Shown here piece after piece: positions 9,495 to 19,284 of a stretch of DNA of 64,000 nt. Location: NCBI GenBank assembly GCA_052387355.1, contig JBQTJG010000332.1, positions 1,302 to 65,301 of the forward strand. The letters run 5' to 3'. The notes under the pieces were generated by a model that did no database searches, was not told the origin of the DNA, and worked only from the letters and a program-made list of their open reading frames with translations. Position 1 is the first letter of the stretch, and every line of letters begins with the position of its first letter. The DNA is from Armatimonadota bacterium. Lineage in GTDB: Bacteria > Sysuimicrobiota > Sysuimicrobiia > Sysuimicrobiales > Humicultoraceae. Made by a program: the position numbers and the translations under genes.

Positions 9495-10505
9495 ATGGAT
9501 CTGACGATCGTCGGGGCTGGCGCCATCGGCGGCATTGCCGGCGCCCATCTGGCCCGAGCGGGACACCGCGTCCTGCTCGTGGATCGCGACGGCGATCACA
9601 TCGAGGCGATCCGCCAGGCGGGTCTCGAGATCCGCGGCGCGGCCGATTTTTCGGTTCGGGTGCCTGCGTGCCTGCCACACGAGGTGACAGGTTCCATTCA
9701 GACGCTCGTCCTTGCGGTGAAGACGCTCCACACGCGAGAGGCCCTCGAACCGTTGACGCCCCTGCTGGCGCCCAACGGGTGCGTCCTCTCGATGCAGAAC
9801 GGCTTGGAGGAAGAGAGGATCGCGGCGCTGGTCGGCCGCGCGCGAACGCTCGGGGCGTTTCTCACGTTCGGCGGCTATTACGATCGGCCCGGCCGTATCG
9901 TGTACAGCGGCCCGGCGTCCCTTCGCGTAGGCGAGATGGACGGCCGCGTCACCACCCGCGTGACGACGCTCGCCCGGGTGCTCTCAGACTTTCATCCCAC
10001 CGAAGCGACGGACAACATCCAGGGGTTCCTCTGGGGCAAGCTCATCCTCGGGACGATCTACTTTGCGACTGCGACGGTGGACGCCGACGTCGTGGAGATT
10101 CTTGGGCGTCCAAGGTATCGGGGCATCCTCTCTGACCTTGCGACAGAGGCGGGCGAGGTTGCCGATTCCCTCGGTATTCGGGTCGAGGCCGTCGATGGCT
10201 TCGATCCTCTCGCGGTCAGGTCCGGACCGCGCCACGACGCGAGCGCGGCCGACGCCGCCTGGGACGCGCAGATCATGTACTGGCAGCGCGGGATCGCCCG
10301 CCGCACTGGGGTCTGGCGCGACCTGGCCGTACACCGGCGGCGCACCGAAGCCGGTCCCATCCTCGGCGCCCTGGTGGAGGCCGCCGGCCGAGTGAGCCGT
10401 CCCGTTCCTCGGGTCCGCGCGCTCATGCGGATCATCCAGGAACTGGAAGAAGGCGCGCGCCTGATGGACTGGGCGAATCTGCAGGAGATTGATCGGGCCG
10501 GCTAG
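9495..10505 (+). CDS. 2-dehydropantoate 2-reductase (ketopantoate reductase, ApbA/PanE) family protein
   Basis: N-terminal Rossmann motif MDLTIVGAGAIGGIAGAHLARAGHRVLLVDR. Length is 336 aa, as expected for the family. Confidence 0.7.
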   Translation: MDLTIVGAGAIGGIAGAHLARAGHRVLLVDRDGDHIEAIRQAGLEIRGAADFSVRVPACLPHEVTGSIQTLVLAVKTLHTREALEPLTPLLAPNGCVLSMQNGLEEERIAALVGRARTLGAFLTFGGYYDRPGRIVYSGPASLRVGEMDGRVTTRVTTLARVLSDFHPTEATDNIQGFLWGKLILGTIYFATATVDADVVEILGRPRYRGILSDLATEAGEVADSLGIRVEAVDGFDPLAVRSGPRHDASAADAAWDAQIMYWQRGIARRTGVWRDLAVHRRRTEAGPILGALVEAAGRVSRPVPRVRALMRIIQELEEGARLMDWANLQEIDRAG

Positions 10506-10534
10506 ATCTCGCCGGACAGCCCACGCGTGACCTC

Positions 10535-11389
10535 CTACCTCCCGAGCATGCGCCGCAGATCAGTGCCGCGCGCGACGACCAGCGCAACGATCACAATGGT
10601 GGCTGCGAACAGGATCAGCAGGGTCGAGAGCGCGGCGATCGTGGGATCCTGCCACTTCTCCATGTAGAGGAACATCTCGATCGGCAGCGTGTTGTTCTCA
10701 CCGCGCGTGAGGAAGATTGAACTCTCCACCTGGTCAAAGGAGACGATGAACGCCAGGAGGCCGCTGATGATCAGACCCGGGCGGATCTGCGGCAGCACAA
10801 TGTGCCACAGAGTCGACGCCATCGACGCGCCCAGATCCTGCGCGGCTTCCTCGATCGAGGGGTCAAGCCCGACCAGGTTGGCAGCCAGGATGTTGATAAT
10901 GAAGGGCAGCACAACGATGATATGCGCCAGCGTGATCGGGATGATGCCGCCCTGGAACCCCAGCCGGGCGAAAAAGATGAACCATCCCACCCCCAGGACG
11001 ATCTTTGGCATCACAATTGGGGAGAGCAGGAATCCTCGCAGCGGTTCCTTGGCGGGGAAGCGGGATCGTACCAGGGCGAGCGCACACAGGAGCCCGGCGA
11101 TGAGCGCGATCACCGTGGCCATCGACGCAATCGAGAGGCTTCGGAGAAACGCCCCGCGGAACGTCTCAAGCCCCAGCAGATGACTGTACCAGCGGAGCGA
11201 GAGGCCCGGAGGAGGGAAGACGCCATAGGACACGCTGCTGAACGAGTACACGATGACGATGACGAGCGGCAGGAGAATGAACGCCACGCCCAGGGCGAGG
11301 ATCGTGCGCAGGAAGCCGTCACGAACCGCGTCCGTGCGCGCCTCACGGGCCTCGACCCGCATCTCCTGTTCGCCTAAGAGGATGCTCAT
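10535..11389 (-). CDS. ABC transporter permease, PotC-like
   Basis: Polytopic protein with the EAA loop IEEAAQDLGASMASTLWHIVLPQIRPG. ATGA overlap with the upstream permease gene. The longer track ORF is an artefactual extension. Confidence 0.8.
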   Translation of the reverse strand: MSILLGEQEMRVEAREARTDAVRDGFLRTILALGVAFILLPLVIVIVYSFSSVSYGVFPPPGLSLRWYSHLLGLETFRGAFLRSLSIASMATVIALIAGLLCALALVRSRFPAKEPLRGFLLSPIVMPKIVLGVGWFIFFARLGFQGGIIPITLAHIIVVLPFIINILAANLVGLDPSIEEAAQDLGASMASTLWHIVLPQIRPGLIISGLLAFIVSFDQVESSIFLTRGENNTLPIEMFLYMEKWQDPTIAALSTLLILFAATIVIVALVVARGTDLRRMLGR

Positions 11390-12234
11390 ACGCTCGGCAT
11401 CTTTTTCAGGACGGCGTTCAACACCCAGACCGCGGCAACGGAGATGCACAGGAGCGTGAGGCCGGCCACGGCCCCGCCCGGCCAGTTGATCTCGACGGTG
11501 TTGTTGTAGACGGCCAGTGGCAGCACCTGAACACGGCCGCCCCCAAGCAACTGCGGCGTGACGAAGGCGCTCAGCGCCAGGGTGAAGCAGATCAGCGCCC
11601 CGGCCACGATCCCGGGCATGGTGAGCGGCAGCGTCACGTGCAGGAAGGTCTCGCGCCACCCGGCGCCGAGGTCGCGCGCCGCTTCCTTGAGCGAGAGATC
11701 CAGTCTGCCCATGACGCTGTAGATCGGAAAGATGGCGAACGGCAGCAGAATGTGCGTCAGGCTGATCACGACGCCGGGCATATTGAACAGCAGGCTGAGC
11801 GGCTCCGTGATCAGGCCCAACGAACGCAGGGTCGTGTTGAGCAGCCCCTGGCCGGCAAGCAGGATGAGCCATCCGTACGTGCGGACCACCACGCTCACTA
11901 GCAGCGGGGAGAACAGCAGAAGCGCGATCACCGCGCGTGCTCCCGGGCCGCGGACGCGCGTGTGGAGCGCGTAAGCCAGCGGATAACCGATGAGGACCGA
12001 GAGCAGCGTCACGATCAGGGAGAGACGCAAGGATGTGCCGATGACCTTGTAGGAAAAGGCATCGGTGAAGTAGCGTACGTAGGTGATCAGCGTCCAGGCC
12101 GGTAGGATGCGCCCATCCCGGAATTCGTGAAAGCTATTGATGAAGTAGATGCTGAGCGGCACGACGTAGAGCACCGCCATGAGCGCCAGGGCTGGCGCGA
12201 GGAGCCCCAGCACTGCCGGACCCTTGAGTCTCAC
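11386..12234 (-). CDS. ABC transporter permease, PotB-like
   Basis: Polytopic protein with the EAA loop LKEAARDLGAGWRETFLHVTLPLTMPG. GTG start forms a GTGA overlap with the ATPase gene stop. Confidence 0.8.
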   Translation of the reverse strand: MRLKGPAVLGLLAPALALMAVLYVVPLSIYFINSFHEFRDGRILPAWTLITYVRYFTDAFSYKVIGTSLRLSLIVTLLSVLIGYPLAYALHTRVRGPGARAVIALLLFSPLLVSVVVRTYGWLILLAGQGLLNTTLRSLGLITEPLSLLFNMPGVVISLTHILLPFAIFPIYSVMGRLDLSLKEAARDLGAGWRETFLHVTLPLTMPGIVAGALICFTLALSAFVTPQLLGGGRVQVLPLAVYNNTVEINWPGGAVAGLTLLCISVAAVWVLNAVLKKMPSV

Positions 12235-13325
12235 TCTCCGGCCACCGCGACCGCCTGCTGCGCGTCCCAGCTTGCGGTCACCTCGTCGCCGATGGCATGC
12301 AGCACCGTACCGTTCGCATACGGTACCGCCGCCTGCAGGCGAGTCTCGTCGATCACCAGGCGGTACTTGACGACGTAGCCGGAGAAGGCCCGATCCTCGA
12401 TGCGCCCGCGCAGCGCGCCGGGGCCGACCGGCTCGACGTTGACGCGGACGCGCTCGGGCCGCACGCTCACCGTCAACGAGTCGCCCACTTGCTCCCACCC
12501 CTGCCGCCGGGCCAGCACGCGCATGCGGCCGGCCCGGACCACCACCGCCATGTCTTCGAGACCCTCGACCATCCCGTTGATCAGGTTCGCATCGCCAATG
12601 AAGTTCGCCACGAACCGGTTGGCGGGACGCTCGTAGATCTCCATCGGGGGGCCGACCTGGTAGAGGCGTCCACCGTTCATCACACCGACGCGATCGCTCA
12701 TGGCGAGCGCCTCGCCCTGATCGTGGGTGACGTAGATGAACGTCGTGCCCAGGTCGCGCTGCAGGCGCTTCAGTTCTTCCTGCATCTGAAGACGCAGTTT
12801 TAGATCCAGCGAGCTGAGAGGTTCATCCAGCAGCAGGACACGCGGTTGGTTCACGAGCGCGCGGGCCAGGGCCACCCGCTGCTGCTGGCCGCCCGACAGC
12901 TCGGTGATCCGCCGTCCGGCCAGACCCGGCATCTGGACAAGGTCGAGCGACTCCCCGACGCGCCGCCGCACCTCGGCGTCGGCAAGCCGCTTCATCCGCA
13001 ACCCAAACGCCACGTTATCGAAGACGGTATAGTGGGGGAAGAGGGCAAGCCGCTGGAAGACCATGTTGGTCTCCCGGCGGTTGGGAGGGGTCCGGCCCAT
13101 CTGCCGGCCGCTGATGGAAACGTCGCCCGCGTCCACCTGCTCGAATCCACCAATCACACGCAGGGTTGTCGTCTTCCCGCAGCCCGAGGGGCCCAGGAGC
13201 GAGAAGAACTCTCCGCCGCGCACCAGAAACGACACCGAGTCAACGGCAACCACGCGGCCGAACTTCTTCGTGATGTGGTGGACGTCGACCTCAGCGCCGT
13301 GCGATCTCGTGTCGCGTTCCGTCAT
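12231..13325 (-). CDS. ABC transporter ATP-binding protein, PotA-like (polyamine/iron-type importer ATPase)
   Basis: Motifs are [24 protein letters not shown] and [13 protein letters not shown]-terminal TOBE-like extension is present. Confidence 0.85.
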   Translation of the reverse strand: MTERDTRSHGAEVDVHHITKKFGRVVAVDSVSFLVRGGEFFSLLGPSGCGKTTTLRVIGGFEQVDAGDVSISGRQMGRTPPNRRETNMVFQRLALFPHYTVFDNVAFGLRMKRLADAEVRRRVGESLDLVQMPGLAGRRITELSGGQQQRVALARALVNQPRVLLLDEPLSSLDLKLRLQMQEELKRLQRDLGTTFIYVTHDQGEALAMSDRVGVMNGGRLYQVGPPMEIYERPANRFVANFIGDANLINGMVEGLEDMAVVVRAGRMRVLARRQGWEQVGDSLTVSVRPERVRVNVEPVGPGALRGRIEDRAFSGYVVKYRLVIDETRLQAAVPYANGTVLHAIGDEVTASWDAQQAVAVAGE

Positions 13326-13360
13326 CTGGCGGGCATCCTCAGCCGGGCGTCCTCAGGCGA

Positions 13361-13400
13361 CGAAAAGCGAGCCGGGAGCCGATCCCATACGGCTCCCGGC
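13361..13400 (-). terminator. Intercistronic stem-loop (attenuator or partial terminator) between the binding-protein and ATPase genes
   Basis: Perfect 11-bp stem GCCGGGAGCCG / CGGCTCCCGGC (13371-13381 and 13390-13400) with an 8-nt loop. On the minus strand it is followed by TCGCTTTTCG. Confidence 0.55.
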
Positions 13401-13431
13401 GCCATCGATCGCACGCGCTGACGGGCGGGGC

Positions 13432-14508
13432 TTACAGCCGTGACTTGACGTCCCTCTCCCAGCGCTGCCGCCACTCGCTGGCTTTCTGGCCCATCGTGGC
13501 CCAGTCGAGCCAGATCGCGGTATCGAGGAGCTTGGGGTTGAGGATTTGCGACACGGACGCCGACAGTTCCGCGTCGGGGAGCGAGGGAATGCCGAAGGTG
13601 AGCCGCGCGTAGCGCGCGTTGTTCTCAGTCACCAGGAGCTCGTTGATGATCTCCTCGGCGACGCGGATCTGCTCAGGCGTGCTCCCCTTCACGATCTGCA
13701 GATAGATGGGGAAGGCCACGACGCCTTCCTTCGGGTTCACGAATCCGAGCGGCGCGCCCTCAACCTCCCAGAACTTCCAGATGCTGGTGAACCATGGCGC
13801 AATCAGCGCCTCCCCAGTGATCAGGAGATTCCGCAACTGGTCGTTGCTGGTGACCAGGGCCCTGAGGTTCTTGGCGTTATCCGCCCACACCTTGAACCCG
13901 GCGTCGATCTCCTTCTCGCTCCCGCCGTTGAGACGGGCGGCGAGGACCAGCGGGATGAAGTTGTTGTCGAAGAACGTGACCTTGCCCCGCCACTTGGGAT
14001 CCCACATGGCGGTCCAGGAGGTGGGCGGATCCTTCACGAGGTTCTTGTTATACATGATTCCCATGCCGCTGATCCCGTAGCCGATGCCGCGGTTGCCGGG
14101 ACGGCGGAGCGAGGCGTGCACGCGGGTTACCGCCGGGATCCGAGCCGAATTCAATGGGACCCACATGTCGTCGTTATCGCCCCGGTTGCTGATATCGACG
14201 TTGAAGTAGCCGAAGTTGATCAGCGGGTTGTTGGGATTCGCCTGCTTGGCCGCGATCATCCGGGGATAGGTGACGGCGTTGTTCGACTCCCAGAACTCGA
14301 TCTCGACGTCCGGGTGGGCTCTCAGGTACCGGGCCACGACTTCGCGCGGCACGATTCCCTGGTTGGCGCCCGCCCAGATGAACATGGTGAGTTTGACCCT
14401 GGGCGCGGCCATCGCGGGCGGGAGCACGAACAGGATCGCCGCCACCACGATAAGGAGGACGAGGGTGAAGACCGACCGGCGAGCAGTCCTCAAGGCAGGT
14501 ACTCTCAT
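13432..14508 (-). CDS. ABC transporter substrate-binding protein, PotD/PotF-like (family 1)
   Basis: N-terminal signal/anchor RRSVFTLVLLIVVAAILFVLPPAMA followed by a periplasmic binding-protein-like sequence. GGGAGGAA SD precedes ATG 14508. Confidence 0.75.
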   Translation of the reverse strand: MRVPALRTARRSVFTLVLLIVVAAILFVLPPAMAAPRVKLTMFIWAGANQGIVPREVVARYLRAHPDVEIEFWESNNAVTYPRMIAAKQANPNNPLINFGYFNVDISNRGDNDDMWVPLNSARIPAVTRVHASLRRPGNRGIGYGISGMGIMYNKNLVKDPPTSWTAMWDPKWRGKVTFFDNNFIPLVLAARLNGGSEKEIDAGFKVWADNAKNLRALVTSNDQLRNLLITGEALIAPWFTSIWKFWEVEGAPLGFVNPKEGVVAFPIYLQIVKGSTPEQIRVAEEIINELLVTENNARYARLTFGIPSLPDAELSASVSQILNPKLLDTAIWLDWATMGQKASEWRQRWERDVKSRL

Positions 14509-14627
14509 CACATTCCTCCCATCATCTATGTCTCGTTGAAGCGCCTCCACTGTTTCGCGCAGGAGTCGGGCGGTTCCTGGCGAGAAGGGGGGTACGTACG
14601 GAGGCTGGGGCGGACGATGGACCGGGA

Positions 14628-14972
14628 TCAGGTCGATGGGTACAGGCGATCCGTCTTCGCGGCCATGATGAAGTCGTTACGGTGCAGACCGCGGATCTTG
14701 TGCGTCCACCAGGTGACGGTGGCCCGGCCCCATTCCGTGAGCAGCGCGGGGTGATGTCCCTCGGTCTCGGCCAGGTTGCCCACCTTGTTCGTGAAGGCTA
14801 TCGCTTCGACGAAGTCCTTGAACTTGAACACCCGCTCGAGGCGCTCAATCCCGTCGCGCTCGACGATTTGCCAATCGGACACCTGTGGGTGCATCTGGGC
14901 GACCTCGGCGTCAGTCACGGTCGGTTCACCGGTGCGGCAGGCCGTGCATTTCAGCTGGGTAAGGGATTCCAT
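14628..14972 (-). CDS. 4a-hydroxytetrahydrobiopterin (pterin-4a-carbinolamine) dehydratase family protein
   Basis: Complete family signature E-x3-HHP-x5-W-x9-H-x8-D in [42 protein letters not shown] is present. Confidence 0.85.
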   Translation of the reverse strand: MESLTQLKCTACRTGEPTVTDAEVAQMHPQVSDWQIVERDGIERLERVFKFKDFVEAIAFTNKVGNLAETEGHHPALLTEWGRATVTWWTHKIRGLHRNDFIMAAKTDRLYPST

Positions 14973-14992
14973 CTCGAGACCTCCTCAGCGTC

Positions 14993-16435
14993 TCAGACCT
15001 GTTCCACGTCGTGCGGCTGGCTTTCCTTCATCCCCGCGACCGTGATCCGCATGAACTGGGCACGCTGCCCGAGCTCAAGAATCGTGCGCGCGCCGCAATA
15101 ACTCATCCCGGAGCGCAGCCCGCCGATCAGTTGCGCGAGCACGTCCGCGGCCTTTCCCCGATACGGGACCGTCGCTTCCACGCCCTCCTCCACGATCTGG
15201 CTGAGGTCTTCGTCTTCCACCGGCGCGTCCAACGCTTGGCGGCGGGCGGCAGCCCACAGACTGGCCATACCCCGGTAGTTCTTGTACTGGCGGCCGTTCC
15301 GGATGATCAGTGCGCCGGGACTCTCCTCGGTGCCCGCCAGCAGATTGCCGAGCATCACGGTGCTGGCGCCTGCGGCCAGCGCCTTGGTCATGTCGCCCGA
15401 GCTGCGGATCCCGCCGTCGCCGACGATCGGCACCCCGCGTTCCGCAGCGACGCGCGCGCAATCCAGGATGGCGGTCAGCTGCGGCACCCCGGCGCCCGTG
15501 ACGATCCTTGTGGTGCAGGTAGAGCCCGGGCCGACACCGACCTTCACCGCGTCTGCCCCGCGGTCGATGAGATCGATCGCGCCCTCGGCCGTGGCGACGT
15601 TGCCTGCGACGAGGTCCACAGCCGGGAAGCGCGCTCGCAGCCGCTCGAGGGCGGTCAGCGCGTCCTCAGTGTGGCCGTGGGCCACGTCAAGCACCAGAAC
15701 GTCGGCGTCCTCGGTGACCAGCGCGGCCGCCCGTTCCAGATAATCCCCCCGGATGCCGACGGCGGCTCCGACGCGCAAGCGGCCCTTCGCATCCTTCGTA
15801 GCGTGAGGGTGCTTGAGACGGCTCCGAATATCGCGGCTGGTGATGAGCCCGCGCAGGCGCCCTTCGCCATCGACCAGCGGCAGTTTCTCGATGCGGTGGC
15901 GGTGGAGGATCGCGCGTGCGTCCTCGAGCCCTACGTCGGGCGGCGCCGTCACGAGCCGTCCGAGCGGGGTCATCACCGACGCCAGCGGTCGATCAGGCCC
16001 ATCGGCGAACAGCAGATCGCGCGCCGTCACCAGTCCCAAGAGCTGCTCATTGCCGTCGACCACGAGCAGCCCGGCCGAGCCATGCTCTTCCATGAAGATC
16101 AACGCGTCCCGCACGGTCCGATCCGGCCCGAAGACATACGGATGGTCGATGACGATGCTTTCAGCGCGCTTGACGCGGCGTACCTCGGCGACCTGCTGCT
16201 CCACGCTGAGGAACCGGTGGATGACGCCGATGCCACCCTCACGCGCCATTGCGATGGCCATCTCACTCTCAGTGACCGCGTCCATGTTCGCGCTGACGAC
16301 CGGAATGGCGACGTCGATGTGACGGGTCAGCCGAGAGCGTGTGTCGACCTGGGATCTGCTCGTGACGCTCGACCGTCTGGGCACGAGCAGGACGTCGTCG
16401 AACGTCAGACCGAGTCGTAGTGAGTGTTCGTCCAT
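14993..16435 (-). CDS. guaB: IMP dehydrogenase
   Basis: Motifs are [10 protein letters not shown] and the catalytic loop [11 protein letters not shown], with an inserted CBS-pair region and C-terminal [15 protein letters not shown] 16435 is preferred over GTG 16444. Confidence 0.85.
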   Translation of the reverse strand: MDEHSLRLGLTFDDVLLVPRRSSVTSRSQVDTRSRLTRHIDVAIPVVSANMDAVTESEMAIAMAREGGIGVIHRFLSVEQQVAEVRRVKRAESIVIDHPYVFGPDRTVRDALIFMEEHGSAGLLVVDGNEQLLGLVTARDLLFADGPDRPLASVMTPLGRLVTAPPDVGLEDARAILHRHRIEKLPLVDGEGRLRGLITSRDIRSRLKHPHATKDAKGRLRVGAAVGIRGDYLERAAALVTEDADVLVLDVAHGHTEDALTALERLRARFPAVDLVAGNVATAEGAIDLIDRGADAVKVGVGPGSTCTTRIVTGAGVPQLTAILDCARVAAERGVPIVGDGGIRSSGDMTKALAAGASTVMLGNLLAGTEESPGALIIRNGRQYKNYRGMASLWAAARRQALDAPVEDEDLSQIVEEGVEATVPYRGKAADVLAQLIGGLRSGMSYCGARTILELGQRAQFMRITVAGMKESQPHDVEQV

Positions 16436-16578
16436 GGTGTCCACTCCCCAGATTCATTACAACGGACACACAAGTCCTTCTATGCCTCGGCCCAAGACGG
16501 GTCGCGGCGCACGTGGGAATCGGACGGGAAGAGGCGAATACCGAGTTCGACGCCCATAGTCTAGTCGGGAGAGTGCAG

Positions 16579-17223
16579 ATGGCCGCAGAGCACGTCTCGT
16601 TCGAATGGGAGGGCGGCAGCGTCTCTGGTGCGTGGCATCACCCCGCGGGCGGTGCTTCCTACCTCGTTCTCGGTCACGGCGCCGGCGGGAACATGCACAC
16701 CCCAGGTCTCGTCCGATTCGTGGAGGCCCTGGCCGCGCAGGGTGTTGGTGTCGTGCGCTTCAACTTTCCGTACGCCGAGACGAAACGAAAGGTGCCCGAC
16801 CGCCAGGCGACGCTCGAGGCGTGCTACCGCGCCGTGGCCGGGCAGGTGGCGCGGCGGGCCTCTCGACTGTTTCTCGGCGGACGGTCGCTGGGCGGCCGCA
16901 TGGCGTCGCACCTCGTTGCCGACGGGTTTCCCGCAGCCGGGCTCGTCTTCCTCAGTTACCCGCTCCATCCGCCGGGCCAGCCCGAGCGCCTGCGAGACGC
17001 GCATCTCCCGAGGATCACGGTTCCAATGCTGTTCGTGCAGGGCTCGCGGGATGCGTTCGCGCGGCCCGATCTCCTCGCTTCGACCATCGAGAAACTGAGG
17101 ACTGCGACGCTCCACGTCCTTGAGGGTGGTGATCACAGCCTCGTCGTGCGCGGCCGCTCGGGGGAAGACGTCGCTCGTGAGCTCGTTGAGACCACGATTA
17201 CCTGGATTCGGAACCTTTCGTAG
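16579..17223 (+). CDS. Alpha/beta hydrolase (dienelactone-hydrolase / KANL3-Tex30-like) family protein
   Basis: 214 aa with LVLGHGAGGNMHTP and the nucleophile-elbow-like GGRSLGGRMAS. GGGAGAG SD lies 5 nt before the ATG. Confidence 0.6.
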   Translation: MAAEHVSFEWEGGSVSGAWHHPAGGASYLVLGHGAGGNMHTPGLVRFVEALAAQGVGVVRFNFPYAETKRKVPDRQATLEACYRAVAGQVARRASRLFLGGRSLGGRMASHLVADGFPAAGLVFLSYPLHPPGQPERLRDAHLPRITVPMLFVQGSRDAFARPDLLASTIEKLRTATLHVLEGGDHSLVVRGRSGEDVARELVETTITWIRNLS

Positions 17224-17260
17224 TCCCGTCGCCCGAACTACCGGACCGACAATGATCGAT

Positions 17261-17911
17261 TTAGGTGATGAGGCGTCGCCGCAGCGCATGCGCGACCGCC
17301 TGCGTGCGATTGCGCGCGCCAAGCTTGCGCAAGACGTTCCGGACGTGGGTCTTCACCGTACCCTCGGCAACCACCAGCTCGGCCGCGACCTCCCGATCGG
17401 TGCTCCCGTGGGCGAGCTGCGTCAAGATGTCGATCTCTCGATCGGTGAGCCCATCGAATGTCAGGCGCGAGCGGCCGCGCGCGCACGTGAGGTGCCCCAC
17501 GCGCTCCAGCAGCCTTCTGGTGTCCTCTCGGTGGAAGCGGGCGCGGCCGTTGGTGACAGACCGGATCGCCGAGGCCAGGTTGTCCGGCGGGATGTCCTTG
17601 AAGATGTACCCGGCTGCTCCGGCTTCAATTGCTTGGAGGGCTCGCTCGTAGTCGAGGCGGTCTGTTGTGACGATGACCTCGACCTGAGGAATCGCATCTT
17701 TGATCGCGCGCGTCGCTCGCAGGCTTTCTCCTGGCAGATCCTCGTCCAGCAGCACCACATGGGGGAGCAACGCCTTGGCCTGGTCCACCGCATCGTCTGC
17801 CGTAGCCGCCTCGCCTACGATCTCGACGCCTTCGACGCGACTCATGAGCACCCGGATGCCGTGGCGGACCAGCGTTAGATCATCGGCCAGAAGCAAACGA
17901 ATCTGCCTCAC
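17261..17911 (-). CDS. LuxR/NarL-family response regulator (receiver domain plus HTH)
   Basis: Receiver residues are LLLADD, VVLLDEDLPG, VIVTTD and GYIFKD. The C-terminal LuxR HTH reads LTDREIDILTQLAHGSTDREVAAELVVAEGTVKTHVRNVLRKLG. GTG 17911 is preceded by GAGGAGGG. No kinase gene is adjacent. Confidence 0.8.
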   Translation of the reverse strand: MRQIRLLLADDLTLVRHGIRVLMSRVEGVEIVGEAATADDAVDQAKALLPHVVLLDEDLPGESLRATRAIKDAIPQVEVIVTTDRLDYERALQAIEAGAAGYIFKDIPPDNLASAIRSVTNGRARFHREDTRRLLERVGHLTCARGRSRLTFDGLTDREIDILTQLAHGSTDREVAAELVVAEGTVKTHVRNVLRKLGARNRTQAVAHALRRRLIT

Positions 17912-18137
17912 AGAACCCTCCTCAGTCGCCGCGATCACAAGATCGCCTGGACCCTACCTTGATAATGGAACCTATCCCCGCCGCCTCGCCGTAAACCCGG
18001 GTACTGTCCAGATGTGAGATTGGGTACAGGTATTGACCCGTCGAGTTGGTGTGTGCCTCGGGTTTGTTGCGACAACTCACAGACCCATGCTAGGATTGGC
18101 GCAGACGCCAGAGATCAGGTAATCACGGGAAAGGGGG

Positions 18138-18197
18138 GAATGGGTGATGGCTGTTCGCGTGCCTCGCGTAACGAAGCCCCGGGCCAATCGCCCATTC
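18138..18197. other. Long imperfect hairpin in the intergenic region; unassigned structured element
   Basis: GAATGGGTGATGGC (18138-18151) pairs with GCCAATCGCCCATTC (18183-18197). That gives 14 pairs with one G-U and one bulged A. The stem encloses a smaller CGCG-tgcct-CGCG hairpin. Confidence 0.35.
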
Positions 18198-18297
18198 ACC
18201 GGCGGGACTAGGTAACTCGTTCGTTGTTCCCTCCTGTGCGGCCGTGGGCGACAGCCCGCGGCCGTTGTGTTTTCCATCTCAACAGGGAGGGATCAAC

Positions 18298-19233
18298 GTG
18301 CCGGGATTCACTGGAATGGTTGTGCGCACGGATGGACCGCAGGTGACCGTGCGGGATGACGACGGTCGGCAGTGGCGGTGCGTGCTGCGGGGCCGCCTGC
18401 GTCAGATCCTCGCCGGCGCGACGAATCCAATCGCCGTGGGCGATCGGGTTGACGTCAAACCCTCTGGCATGCAGGAAGGTGTTGTCGAACGGATTCTGCC
18501 CCGCCGATCGCGGCTTGCTCGGAAGGCTGTGCTCGGCCATGATGCCGCCCATCGCGGCAAGAGCAGGCGGCGGCCACCACGAGAACATGTCCTGGCCGCG
18601 AACCTGGATCTGGCCGTGATCGTCATTTCCGCGCCGCCGCGGCCGACGGTCATCGATCGCTATCTTGCAGTGGTAGGCAAAGGTGGATGCCAGGCGCTCG
18701 TGTGTGTGAACAAGATCGACCTGACCGATTCCGAGGCGGTCGAGGCCACGATCGCTCCGTATCGCCTCGCGGACATTCCCGTCCTACTGACCAGCGCGCG
18801 CACCGGCGAGGGTCTCGCCGGCCTTCGCGATGCGCTGTCCGGCAGGCTGGTCGCGCTCATAGGACCCTCAGGATCCGGGAAGTCGAGTCTACTCAACGCG
18901 CTGGAGCCGTCATTGAACCTGCGCACGGGCGCGCTCAATATTGCCGGGAAGGGCAGCCACACGACGAGCTGGGCCGCCACGTTCCCGATCGGAGACGCGC
19001 TCGTCGTCGACACGCCTGGCCTGCGCGAGATCGGTTTTCTCGAGAATGAGGGCGAAGAGGCTGCGGAGGATCTGTTTCCGGAGATCGCCACGCTGGCCGA
19101 TGGATGCCGCTTCGGCGATTGTACCCACACGCATGAGCCGCGCTGCGCGGTGAAGGAGGCGCTCGAAGCCGGCGACCTCGACGCCGAACTCTACCGTCGT
19201 TACGCGCGGCTGGCGCGCAGCGGGCGGATCTAG
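18298..19233 (+). CDS. rsgA: Ribosome small-subunit-dependent GTPase A
   Basis: Circularly permuted GTPase: NKIDL comes before GPSGSGKSSLLNAL and DTPG. C-terminal zinc knuckle is CRFGDCTHTHEPRCAV. AGGGAGGGA SD precedes GTG 18298. Confidence 0.85.
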   Translation: MPGFTGMVVRTDGPQVTVRDDDGRQWRCVLRGRLRQILAGATNPIAVGDRVDVKPSGMQEGVVERILPRRSRLARKAVLGHDAAHRGKSRRRPPREHVLAANLDLAVIVISAPPRPTVIDRYLAVVGKGGCQALVCVNKIDLTDSEAVEATIAPYRLADIPVLLTSARTGEGLAGLRDALSGRLVALIGPSGSGKSSLLNALEPSLNLRTGALNIAGKGSHTTSWAATFPIGDALVVDTPGLREIGFLENEGEEAAEDLFPEIATLADGCRFGDCTHTHEPRCAVKEALEAGDLDAELYRRYARLARSGRI

Positions 19234-19284
19234 CCCCGTCGCAGAGGAGTTCGTGCGGGTCATGTGCGAAACAAGGCGCCGGCC

